Shown in pieces: positions 38,153-48,117 of a DNA stretch of 64,000 nucleotides. Source of the DNA: Eledone cirrhosa. Its lineage: Eukaryota. The translations under genes were made by a program, and so were the position numbers. The stretch spans positions 2,046,001 to 2,110,000 of the forward strand of contig OZ024740.1 in assembly GCA_964016885.1 (NCBI GenBank). Direction: 5' to 3'. Position 1 is the first letter of the stretch; each line of letters begins with the position of its first letter. The notes under the pieces were generated by a model, which saw nothing but the letters and a program-made list of their open reading frames with translations, ran no database searches and was not told the DNA's origin.

Positions 38153-40855
38153 TTAATTGTAAGTTGTGATGTTGCTGTTCCACTCATATTTTCTATTTAA
38201 TTTTGGTTGTAATTCTTTTATGTTTATTGCCTCTGTAATTTGTCTAAACATTGCATCTTTTCTGTGTGTAGATTCTATTTTTATTTCTATGTTCTCTAAT
38301 TTACCCTTGTGTTCTATCTTAGCATGTTGGTAGAGTACAGATGATTCTTTATTATCTTGAAGGTCTCGCCAGTGTTCATTTATCCGTTCCCCTATACTAC
38401 GAGCTGTCTCACCTATGTACACTATATTTTTGTTTCTACATTGTCCTTCAGTACATCTTATGCTATACACTACATTTCTAGTTTTACAGTTAATATGGGG
38501 GCTTATTTTACAGGTTATACATTTCTTATCTATACATGAGGGTCTTTGAAACGGGTATGTCTTGCTAATAAGTGTTTTTACGGAGGTACCTGGTCTTTCT
38601 ACTATCTTAATATTGAGTTTATGCTTATTTAGGGCCCTTCTAAATTTGTAGGCTAGTTCGCCTCTAGGGGTTGTATCGATGAACATTACACTCTGGTATT
38701 TATTGCTATCATACCATGAGTTTATTCTATTGGCCTTGTTCCTAGTTCTTTCTACTCTATTCCAAGATTTGCTCCTATACAAGGGGCAGGTCCCATTTAT
38801 GTCATTATTTACCATTTTTTCCCATTTGGTTCTGGCTCCTCTATACACTCTGATTCTATCTCTCTGATTGTAGCCAGAGAACTGCATACGGTGGATGAAG
38901 TGTTGTATGTGTCTCTCTAGTTCTTCGGGGTTGCACATGCGGGACACATTTCTCATCACCCGTACCAAATCCGCAATCAGTATGTTGATTTTGGTATGGT
39001 CCGAAATGGCCGAGTTTCGGTGGATCAGATGTTTGGAAGTCATGGGTTTGGCATAATGGGAATGGAGGATTTGTTTTTGGTTGTTAATGGTATCTAAGCA
39101 GAGCTCTGTGTCTAGTACAGGTAATCGATGGTTGGGGTGTCTACTTGGGTAGTCTATAGTAACTCTAATGCTCTGGTGGATGGAGTTTGCTATTTGCTGG
39201 ATGCTTTCCATTGTGTTTTTCTCTAGTTCCTGACTGTTCTCTAGTGGGGGTGTCTTAACTACGATGTTTATATCATCTACGTAGCGGGAGTACATTATCA
39301 GGCTTAAGCTGTCTTCTAATTGTTCTTTAAGTTTAAGTCTACTGTCCCACCATACCATGAATAAGTTAGCTATGTCGCCTGCAATGCTAACACCAATGGC
39401 TGCTCCTTCCTCTTGGGCATATGTTTTTCCATTAAATTTGAACATATGTTCCTTAAGGGTTAATTTTATGCTGGCCCCTACCGCATGTGCAATCATTTTC
39501 TTCAGTTCATCGTGGTTTTCGGGTGTCCGTATGGCTCTGGTCCACCCGTTCCATCTATCTGTGTGGGTTTTCTTGGCCATTGAGGTAATGGTAGGTGGTC
39601 TGCCTCTTGCTGGTCTTGTAGGGCACAGGTTGCTAAGGTCATAAGAGTCTAGGTAACTATTACTATGGGTAAGCTTAAGTAGAAGTCCCAGCTCACTGGT
39701 ATCAATCCCACGGAACTCAACCTTGCTCTCGCTGATCATTTCGACGCATTTCTCCACAGCAAAATCCACGTCAATAGATGGATACAGGGACACAACATCC
39801 ATACTGCCTATTATGCAGTTTGTTAGGTCCCCAGATCGGTTACCCGCGCCGATTCTGCTGAGGAGGTCCTCCGTGCTGTCACACACATCTGGGGACATCT
39901 CAATGATGGGGCGTATGATCAGGGAGAGGAAGTAGGACAGTCTGTAGTTACTAGCAATGTTAGCCCCACAGACTGGTCGTGTTGGTGGTCCCGCGACAGG
40001 GTCCCAGCCCGTTTTATGGTCTTTACGAAGCCCATACAACGCCGGCACGTCATTGTTCCAGGCCTGGAAGTTGTTGGCAGTCCTTTTGTTGGGCTGCATT
40101 ATATTTGTCCACATCACCATATGGGCATTGAGGGTTTTTTCTCTATCCTCATGCTCCTGTGGTGTTACCTCTCTTGTGTTAGTGATGTGGGGTTGCATTG
40201 CCTGGATGTAGTTTGGCAGGCTGTCAACCGACATTCTGCCAGACTTGTCTGTTGGAAAGCATGCTATCTCTCCATTACGCGAGCGCTGCATGAGCTTACG
40301 CAAGCCATTTGCAGATTCTTCTCCCAGTTGCTGGGCCTCTATTCTATTATGCTTCTTGCTATACTGTTCTATAATATTTCTAAGTTCGGATTTAGCTATA
40401 CTAAATTGTGCCTCTGTTTGTTCATCGACCTGCGACGGCAACTGCGTGCGTTTGTTAAATGGCAAAGTCGTGGCGTGGACTCGTCGTAGGTCGAATGATT
40501 TATCAGAGGGGTTATAAAACGGAGAGTTCCAGGCTGCTGCTTTATGTGTACTAGTGCTATTGTTAGTTGTGTTGTTTCTATTTCCACCAACAGCAGCAGC
40601 CTCAGCTTCATGGTTGTTTCTATGTCTCTCATAATTACTCCTGTCTCTTTCCACTGGCTCAATGTTGTTATCTACCCTATTTTGTGTGTCTGTGTGTTCG
40701 TCTTGGTTATTCTCTTTGTCCTTAGTCTCCCATCTCCTTTTCCTTTTCCTTTTAATCCTATTACTTTCTCTTATTTCTCTGATTTCTGTGCTACTGTCAT
40801 TACTTGTTTTCTGTGTCTGTGTGTTTGTTAAGATTGTGGTGGTGGTGAGAGGCAT
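38153..40855 (-). CDS. Penelope-like RT + Cys linker + GIY-YIG endonuclease
   Basis: TDKSG, RPVCG, SMDVVSLYPSI, QEEGAAIG, RYVDD, LPVLD; linker CxxxxCxxC; NVVYSIRC...VYIGETAR...RINEH...EAINI...LN. Confidence 0.92.
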   Translation of the reverse strand: MPLTTTTILTNTQTQKTSNDSSTEIREIRESNRIKRKRKRRWETKDKENNQDEHTDTQNRVDNNIEPVERDRSNYERHRNNHEAEAAAVGGNRNNTTNNSTSTHKAAAWNSPFYNPSDKSFDLRRVHATTLPFNKRTQLPSQVDEQTEAQFSIAKSELRNIIEQYSKKHNRIEAQQLGEESANGLRKLMQRSRNGEIACFPTDKSGRMSVDSLPNYIQAMQPHITNTREVTPQEHEDREKTLNAHMVMWTNIMQPNKRTANNFQAWNNDVPALYGLRKDHKTGWDPVAGPPTRPVCGANIASNYRLSYFLSLIIRPIIEMSPDVCDSTEDLLSRIGAGNRSGDLTNCIIGSMDVVSLYPSIDVDFAVEKCVEMISESKVEFRGIDTSELGLLLKLTHSNSYLDSYDLSNLCPTRPARGRPPTITSMAKKTHTDRWNGWTRAIRTPENHDELKKMIAHAVGASIKLTLKEHMFKFNGKTYAQEEGAAIGVSIAGDIANLFMVWWDSRLKLKEQLEDSLSLIMYSRYVDDINIVVKTPPLENSQELEKNTMESIQQIANSIHQSIRVTIDYPSRHPNHRLPVLDTELCLDTINNQKQILHSHYAKPMTSKHLIHRNSAISDHTKINILIADLVRVMRNVSRMCNPEELERHIQHFIHRMQFSGYNQRDRIRVYRGARTKWEKMVNNDINGTCPLYRSKSWNRVERTRNKANRINSWYDSNKYQSVMFIDTTPRGELAYKFRRALNKHKLNIKIVERPGTSVKTLISKTYPFQRPSCIDKKCITCKISPHINCKTRNVVYSIRCTEGQCRNKNIVYIGETARSIGERINEHWRDLQDNKESSVLYQHAKIEHKGKLENIEIKIESTHRKDAMFRQITEAINIKELQPKLNRKYEWNSNITTYN

Positions 40856-41904
40856 TGAATGCGTGTGTGTTGTTGTTGATGTGTGTTGTTGTTGTCTCCG
40901 TGTGTGTGTGTGTTATCGTTGTTGTGAGTGTTGTTATTGTTGTTTGTGTTTGCGTGTCTGTTGTTGTATCTGGGTATGTTGCTATTGTTGTTGTTGATGT
41001 GTGTGTTGTTATTATTGTCTCCGTGTGTGTTGTTATTGTTGTTTGTGTCTGCGTGTCTGTTGTATCTGGGTATGTTGCTATTGTTGTTGTTATTGTTGTT
41101 TGTGTCTGTGTGTCTGTTGTTGTTGGGATGTGTGTTGTATATGTGTGTGCGTATATTGTTGCTTTTGTTTTTGATGCTCCAGCGTAGTTTCGTAAATGAT
41201 TTTTCTATTTCTGACAGACAACTAATCATATTTACCTTCTGGAATGTCGCAAATTTGGGTGGCAGACGTAACACCGACATTTCATTATTATCTATTTCCG
41301 TGTTTCCATAAATGTTGGTATTTTCATTGTTGAACTCTTCAGATAATGAGGTGTCGGCCATGTTGATACCGTCAATTTTGTCGGGATATCTATTGGTATA
41401 CTCTATAGTATCCCGATTTAGCTTTGCCTGTTTAAGCCACTTTAATTTTCTGTTAAAGTGCTTATTACATTCTTGAGTAATGTACTGTTCTTCGGGGCGT
41501 ATAAGGCTTATAAATGTTAGTTTTTCTGCTGGTGTGGTGATTTTAGATATTTCATCTATTAGGTTACGCTTTAGTTTTTCTTGATGACTTAATTCTCTAT
41601 AGATCTTCTTTTTTATGTTTAGAATTAAAGTTCGTTTTAGCCTATCTGCTTGTTTTTTGGTGAGTTGTAATCTTCTAACGTCGGTATTGATGGTGTTGGT
41701 GTAGATTCTAGAAGTGGTGCACAGTTTTATGAAGTGTAGTTGTCGAGATGTTATGGTTTTTCGTAGACAACAGAACATGGTGGTTTTCAGTATCTTGTTA
41801 GCCTGGCTAAGGCTTACGATATTTCGTTTCTGAATTTGTTTAGCAAGATTCTTTATCTGAAATCGTGTGTTGAAACCGATATTGTTATACTTTGGGAGGG
41901 TCAT
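40828..41904 (-). CDS. N-terminal part of the Penelope-like ORF, frameshifted from the RT part in a low-complexity tract
   Basis: LRLPPKFA...EIEKSFTKLRW is the typical PLE N-terminal motif. First ATG at MTLPKY. Confidence 0.75.
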   Translation of the reverse strand: MTLPKYNNIGFNTRFQIKNLAKQIQKRNIVSLSQANKILKTTMFCCLRKTITSRQLHFIKLCTTSRIYTNTINTDVRRLQLTKKQADRLKRTLILNIKKKIYRELSHQEKLKRNLIDEISKITTPAEKLTFISLIRPEEQYITQECNKHFNRKLKWLKQAKLNRDTIEYTNRYPDKIDGINMADTSLSEEFNNENTNIYGNTEIDNNEMSVLRLPPKFATFQKVNMISCLSEIEKSFTKLRWSIKNKSNNIRTHIYNTHPNNNRHTDTNNNNNNNSNIPRYNRHADTNNNNNTHGDNNNNTHINNNNSNIPRYNNRHANTNNNNNTHNNDNTHTHGDNNNTHQQQHTRIQCLSPPPQS

Positions 41905-44154
41905 GTTGCCAATAAGAAACACACGCACCAGTTGCTTTCACTTCAATTTAATTTATTAAATATTTATAAATTTACAAATTTATAAATCTCTGGCCGGCCG
42001 GCCGGCCCCACAACCAGACAGCTGCCTATATATATATAGTCACAGTTCTTTCGCCACACACCCCGTGACCCCCTCAGCGACTGGGGACCTCCCTCTTCGC
42101 CTCTGTGCCCCTCTTTCCTCCATCCCACGCCATTCTGTTTGTGTGTGGGTTGCGTGCTCAGTTTGCGCATGCGCCACATCCGGGTGTCTGTGTGTGTTTG
42201 TGTTCATTTTTCTATTTTTCTATTTATATTTTTCTATTTGTTTGTTTATTTATTTATTGTTGGTTGGTTGTTTGTTCTATGTGTGTGTGTGCTTTCATTT
42301 TGTCTTGTGTGTGTTTTCATTTTGTGTGTGTTTTCAATTGTAAGTTGTTTGTTCTATGTGTGTGTGTGTTTTCATTTTGTCCTTAATTGTAAATTGTGAT
42401 GTTGCTGTTCCACTCATATTTTCTATTTAATTTTGGTTTTAATTCTTTTATGCTTACTGCCTCTGTAATTTGCCTAAACATTGCGTCTTTCTTGTGTGTG
42501 GATTCTATTTTTATTTCTATGCTCTCTAATTTACCCCTGTGTTCTATCTTAGCATGTTGGTAGAGCACAGATGATTCTTTACTATCTTGGAGGTCTCGCC
42601 AGTGTTCATTTATTCGTTCCCCTATACTACGAGCTGTCTCACCTATGTACACTACATTTTTGTTTCTACATTGTCCTTCAGTACATCTTATGCTATATAC
42701 TACATTTCTAGTTTTACAATTAATATGGGGGCTTATTTTACAGGTTATACATTTCTTATCTATACATGAGGGTCTTTGGAACGGGTATGTCTTGCTAATA
42801 AGTGTTTTTACGGAGGTACCAGGTCTTTCTACTATCTTAATATTGAGATTATGTTTCTTTAGGGCCCTTCTAAATTTGTAGGCTAGTTCGCCTCTAGGGG
42901 TTGTATTGATGAACATTACACTCTGGTATTTATTGCTATCATACCATGAGTTTATTGATGAACATTACACTCTGGTATTTATTGCTATCATACCATGAGT
43001 TTATTCTATTGGCCTTGTTCTTAGTTCTTTCTATTCTATTTAGTAACCCTAAAGAAACATAATCTCAATATTAAGATAGTAGAAAGACCTGGTACCTCCG
43101 TAAAAACACTTATTAGCAAGACATACCCGTTCCAAAGACCCTCATGTATAGATAAGAAATGTATAACCTGTAAAATAAGCCCCCATATTAACTGTAAAAC
43201 TAGAAATGTAGTATATAGCATAAGATGTACTGAAGGACAATGTAGAAACAAAAATGTAGTGTACATAGGTGAGACAGCTCGTAGTATAGGGGAACGAATA
43301 AATGAACACTGGCGAGACCTCCAAGATAGTAAAGAATCATCTGTGCTCTACCAACATGCTAAGATAGAACACAGGGGTAAATTAGAGAGCATAGAAATAA
43401 AAATAGAATCCACACACAAGAAAGACGCAATGTTTAGGCAAATTACAGAGGCAGTAAGCATAAAAGAATTAAAACCAAAATTAAATAGAAAATATGAGTG
43501 GAACAGCAACATCACAACTTACAATTAAGGACAAAATGAAAACACACACACACATAGAACAAACAACTTACAATTGAAAACACACACAAAATGAAAACAC
43601 ACACAAGACAAAATGAAAACACACACACACACATAGAACAAACAACCAACCAACAATAAATAAATAAATAAACAAACAAATAGAAAAATATAAATAGAAA
43701 AATGAACACAAACACACACAGACACCCGGATGTGGCGCATGCGCAAACTGAGCACGCAACCCACACACAAACAGAATGGCGTGGGATGGAGGAAAGGAGG
43801 GGCACAGAGGCGAAGAGGGAGGTCCCCAGTCGCTGAGGGGGTCACGGGGTGTGTGGCGAAAGAACTGTGACTATATATATATAGGCAGCTGTCTGGTTGT
43901 GGGGCCGGCCGGCCGGCCAGAGATTTATAAATTTGTAAATTTATAAATATTTAATAAATTAAATTGAAGTGAAAGCAACTGGTGCGTGTGTTTCTTATTG
44001 GCAACATGACCCTCCCAAAGTATAACAATATCGGTTTCAACACACGATTTCAGATAAAGAATCTTGCTAAACAAATTCAGAAACGAAATATATATATATA
44101 CTTATATATATATATATATATATATATACTTATATATATATATATATATATATA

Positions 44155-44384
44155 TACTTAGTATACTAAGTATATATAGTATACTTAGTATATATAGTAT
44201 ACTTAGTATATATAGTATACTTAGTATATATAGTATACTAAGTATATATAGTATACTAAGTATATATAGTATACTAAGTATATATAGTATACTAAGTATA
44301 TATAGTATACTAAGTATATATAGTATACTAAGTATATATAGTATACTAAGTATATATAGTATACTTAGTATACTAAGTATACTT
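44155..44384. repeat. 18-bp AT-rich tandem repeat (gtatatatagtatact[a/t]a)n
   Basis: About 12 units, each containing the palindrome AGTATACT. Confidence 0.9.
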
Positions 44385-46509
44385 AGCTAGGAGGGAAGCA
44401 GAGGATAGAAAATTCAAGCATGTTTTACAACGTGAGGACCAGAAACAGGAGGTATTCAAGATTGCGAGGCAGTGTGTCAGAGATAGTTGTGATGTCATTG
44501 GAGAGAAGTGTATCCGGAATGATAAAGGTGAGCTTGCCCTCACAAGTGCTGAGAAGAAAGATGCATGGAAGAGTCATTATGATAGATTACTAAATGAGGA
44601 GAATGCATGGGAAGAAGAGACCCTACCCCACGTAGACCCTATAGAAGGACCAGCAGTACAAGTCAGCGGCAGCGTAGTAAGTAAGGCAATCAGAGATATG
44701 AAGATAGGGAAGGCAACCGGTCCATCGGGTATAGCTGCCGAGATGCTGAAGGCATCTGGTCTGTAGGTCACACTATAACCACACGTATCGTTAACCAGGT
44801 AATACTAGAGGGGGCCATACCAAAAGATTGGTGCAGTAGCATCATTGTCAACTGCTACAAAGGTAAAGGCGATGCACTAGATAGAGGAAACTATAGAGGT
44901 ATAAAGTTGATGGACCAGGTCATGAAAGTAACAGAAAGAGTTATAGCACAGCTGATTAGGGACCGGGTGAATATAGACGAGATGCAATTTGGGTTTGTAC
45001 CAGGGAAAGGCACCACTGATGCCCTCTTCCTTGTGAGGCAATTACAGGAAAAGTACCTAGCTAAAAGTAAGCCACTCTACTTGGCATTTGTCGACCTTGA
45101 GAAAGCCTTTGACAGAGTTCCACGTGCAGTAATCTGGTGGGCTCTTAGAAAACTAGGAGTAGATGAATGGCTTGTGAAAGCGGTACAAGCCATGTATAGG
45201 GGAGCAGTCAGCAAAGTTAGGATTGGCAATGAGTATAGCGAGGAATTTAGCGTACAGGTTGGGGTCCACCAGGGCTCTGTTCTTAGCCCTCTCCTGTTCA
45301 TCATAGTCCTGCAGGCAATAACGGAGGAGTTTAAGACCGGATGCCCATGGAACTCCTGTATGCCTCAAAGTCAACATGACAAAGACTAAGGTCCTTATAA
45401 GTAGACGAGAAAACAGAACCCAGATCCCCTCAGGGAAATGGCCTTGCTCAGTATGTAGGAAAGGTGTAGGTAGGAACTCCATTCTCTGCCCCAAATGCAA
45501 ACAATGGGTACACAAGAGATGTAGCGGGATCTCAGGAAGCTTAATTAAGAATGTAGGATTCACATGCAGCAGCTGTGCTGAAACAGCAAGCAAACAGCCA
45601 CAGGAAACAAGTACCACCAATCTCTGGGAGGGCCCTGTAGAAACAGTAGACAGCTTCTGCTACCTAGGTGACCGAATTAGCAACGGAGGTGGGTGCTCAG
45701 AAAGTACAATAACTAGGGTAAGAACGGGATGGAAGAAGTTTAGGGAACTACTACCACTGCTAGCTGCAAAAGGCTTCTCCCTCAGAATGAAAGGCAGACT
45801 GTATGATGCGTGTATCCGAACAGCGATGTTGCATGGTAGTGAGACCTGGGCGCTGAAGGTGGAAGACTTACGTAGATTAGAGAGAAACGAAGCCTGCATG
45901 CTCCGATGGATGTGTAACAGTAATATACGTGAACGACAAAGCATAAAGGAATTGAGAGAGAGACTGAGCATAAGAGGAATCAAATGGTGCGTGCAGGAGA
46001 GGCAGTTACGCTGGTATGGACATGTGATGCGTATGAAGGATGACAGCTGCATAAAAAGGTGCAGAGCACTAGAAGTTGATGGAAACCGCAGAGTGGGGAG
46101 ACCCAAGATGACTTGGGATGAGGTGATAAAAGCCGACCTTACCCAACTACACCTCTCAAAGTCAATGACACACGACCGTGACTTCTGGCGTCACGCAGTA
46201 ATACAGGGTACCCGACCTCCCATGGGTACATGCTGAAGCATATAAACAATATGCCCCCCCCCCCCCCCCACCGGAAGGTGGTCGTGGAGGTGCCACGGCA
46301 AAAAAGCACCCAGCCCACACTGTAAAGTGGACGTGTAGGCGCCACGAAAAAGCACCCAGCACTCACTGTAAATGAGGTTGGTGTTAGGAAGGGCATCCAG
46401 CTGTAGAAATCAAGCCAGATCAGTTCCTGTATGAGCAAGGCATGGTCAGCCGACCAGACACTGCCCACAACAGGACAACCCGTCTAACCCATGCTAGCGT
46501 GGAAGAACG
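44385..46509 (+). mobile_element. 5'-truncated RTE LINE (family B) with deletion of the YADD region, running into the gap
   Basis: ORFs 44907-45389 and 45376-46236 are homologous to but clearly diverged from family A, with a distinct 3' UTR. Confidence 0.92.
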
Positions 46510-46709
46510 NNNNNNNNNNNNNNNNNNNNNNNNNNNNNNNNNNNNNNNNNNNNNNNNNNNNNNNNNNNNNNNNNNNNNNNNNNNNNNNNNNNNNNNNNNN
46601 NNNNNNNNNNNNNNNNNNNNNNNNNNNNNNNNNNNNNNNNNNNNNNNNNNNNNNNNNNNNNNNNNNNNNNNNNNNNNNNNNNNNNNNNNNNNNNNNNNNN
46701 NNNNNNNNN
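46510..46709. other. Assembly gap (200 N)
   Basis: Run of n. Confidence 0.99.
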
Positions 46710-47599
46710 ACCATGGACATGTGGTTAGAATGTCTCAGGAAAGAATTGCAGGACCGATTTTACAGGCTAAACTAACTGAGAGGAGAAACCAGGGGTAGAC
46801 CCTGAGCAAGATGGTTGGATAACATCCATAAGCTTGGCTTGCATTGCTTGGGGATTCAGCTGGATCAGTTGGAACCCACTGGAAGGAGTGTTTGAGGGCA
46901 CTTCCTCCACAACCCTCCCAGGAATAAGTGGGCGCAGAAGTGTTTTTAGAACCATGTTAGTAATATTCTGCCATTTTGTTTGTTGTTGTTTAGCCCTAGG
47001 TTAGACCTAATCAAGCAGATTTATAATTAAAGGCAATCCAGTCATGATAAACCTATCATTTTTCCAAACATAATATCCCTATGACTACAGTATGCAATGT
47101 GTGTGTTTTTGTTTTAAGTAAGGTTGGATTTGGAGGAGATTTGGCTTGTTGTTTTTAGCATGTCAACATCCATGAAGGACCTCAGGGATCTACAAACAAA
47201 ACTCTAGGGTTCCATGAGATAAGGTGGTAGTTGGTGTCTTTTAATAAAATTTAATTTTTAAAATTGTTGGGTTTTTTTGTTATTTTATATGAATAAATTC
47301 TCACTGTAAAGGAATTTTTGTTCCATATTTGTTTCTGATTAAAATTAGGGTGGTGGAGATTGTCTATAAAATATAGTTTGGGGTTCAGCAATTTTTGGAA
47401 AATCCTATAAAGATTCCATGAAAAAAGAATCTAGAGAATATATTGTTGTATCTGTTGATTAAATGATTTAACCCTTTAGTATTTAATCCGGCCAGAATTC
47501 TCTCACCTCTTTCTGTTCAAACCAGTTGTAACCAGCCTCTCATATTATGTCAAGGTATTGTTCTTAAAATAGATAATATCAAAATCTCATAGATTCGAT

Positions 47600-48006
47600 A
47601 TTATGTGAGATAATTATGTAAGATAAAGCCTTCACTGTGAAAATATAATAGTATATATAAAGTAATGTAAATGCTAAAGGGTTAACTGGCTGCTCATACT
47701 TATGTTAAGGTATTGTTCTCAAAATAAATGATATCAAAATCTCAGATTTAATATTATGTGAGGTAAAGCCTTTACCGTGAAAATACAATAGTATATATAG
47801 AGTAATGTAAATGTTTTGTGAGGTAAAGCCTTTACCATGAAAATACAATAGTATATATAGAATAATGTAAATGTTATGTGAAGTAAAGTCTTTACCATGA
47901 AAATACAATAGTATATATAGAGTAATGTAAATGTTATGTGAGATATTATGTGAGGTAAAGCCTTTATCGTGAAAATACAATAGTAAATATAGAGTAATGT
48001 AAATGC
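47600..48006. repeat. About 60-bp tandem repeats
   Basis: ttatgtgaggtaaagcctttaccatgaaaatacaatagtatatatagagtaatgtaaatg, about 5 copies. Confidence 0.85.
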
Positions 48007-48117
48007 CAAAGATTTAACAGGTCATTATAGAGACTGTGTCACTTGAACTAAATTGCAGTCATAAATTATATTTTTCTCACATCTAAGAGATCTTTCAAGT
48101 ATTTTATGATAATATCA

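Larger units (their letters stand above)
37733..44091 (-). mobile_element. Penelope-like element, probably Naiad clade, with partial tandem and inverted pLTRs, inserted in (TA)n
   Basis: RT plus C-terminal GIY-YIG. pLTR copies at 37733-38760 and 41884-43040 (direct) and 43047-44091 (inverted). Confidence 0.9.

Noticed and set aside
38153-40855. Selenoprotein-type Naiad (in-frame UGA plus SECIS)
   Set aside because: The ORF has no in-frame TGA, the cysteine positions are plain Cys, and I see no convincing SECIS.
46442-46798. ORFs spanning the N run
   Set aside because: Artefacts of the assembly gap.
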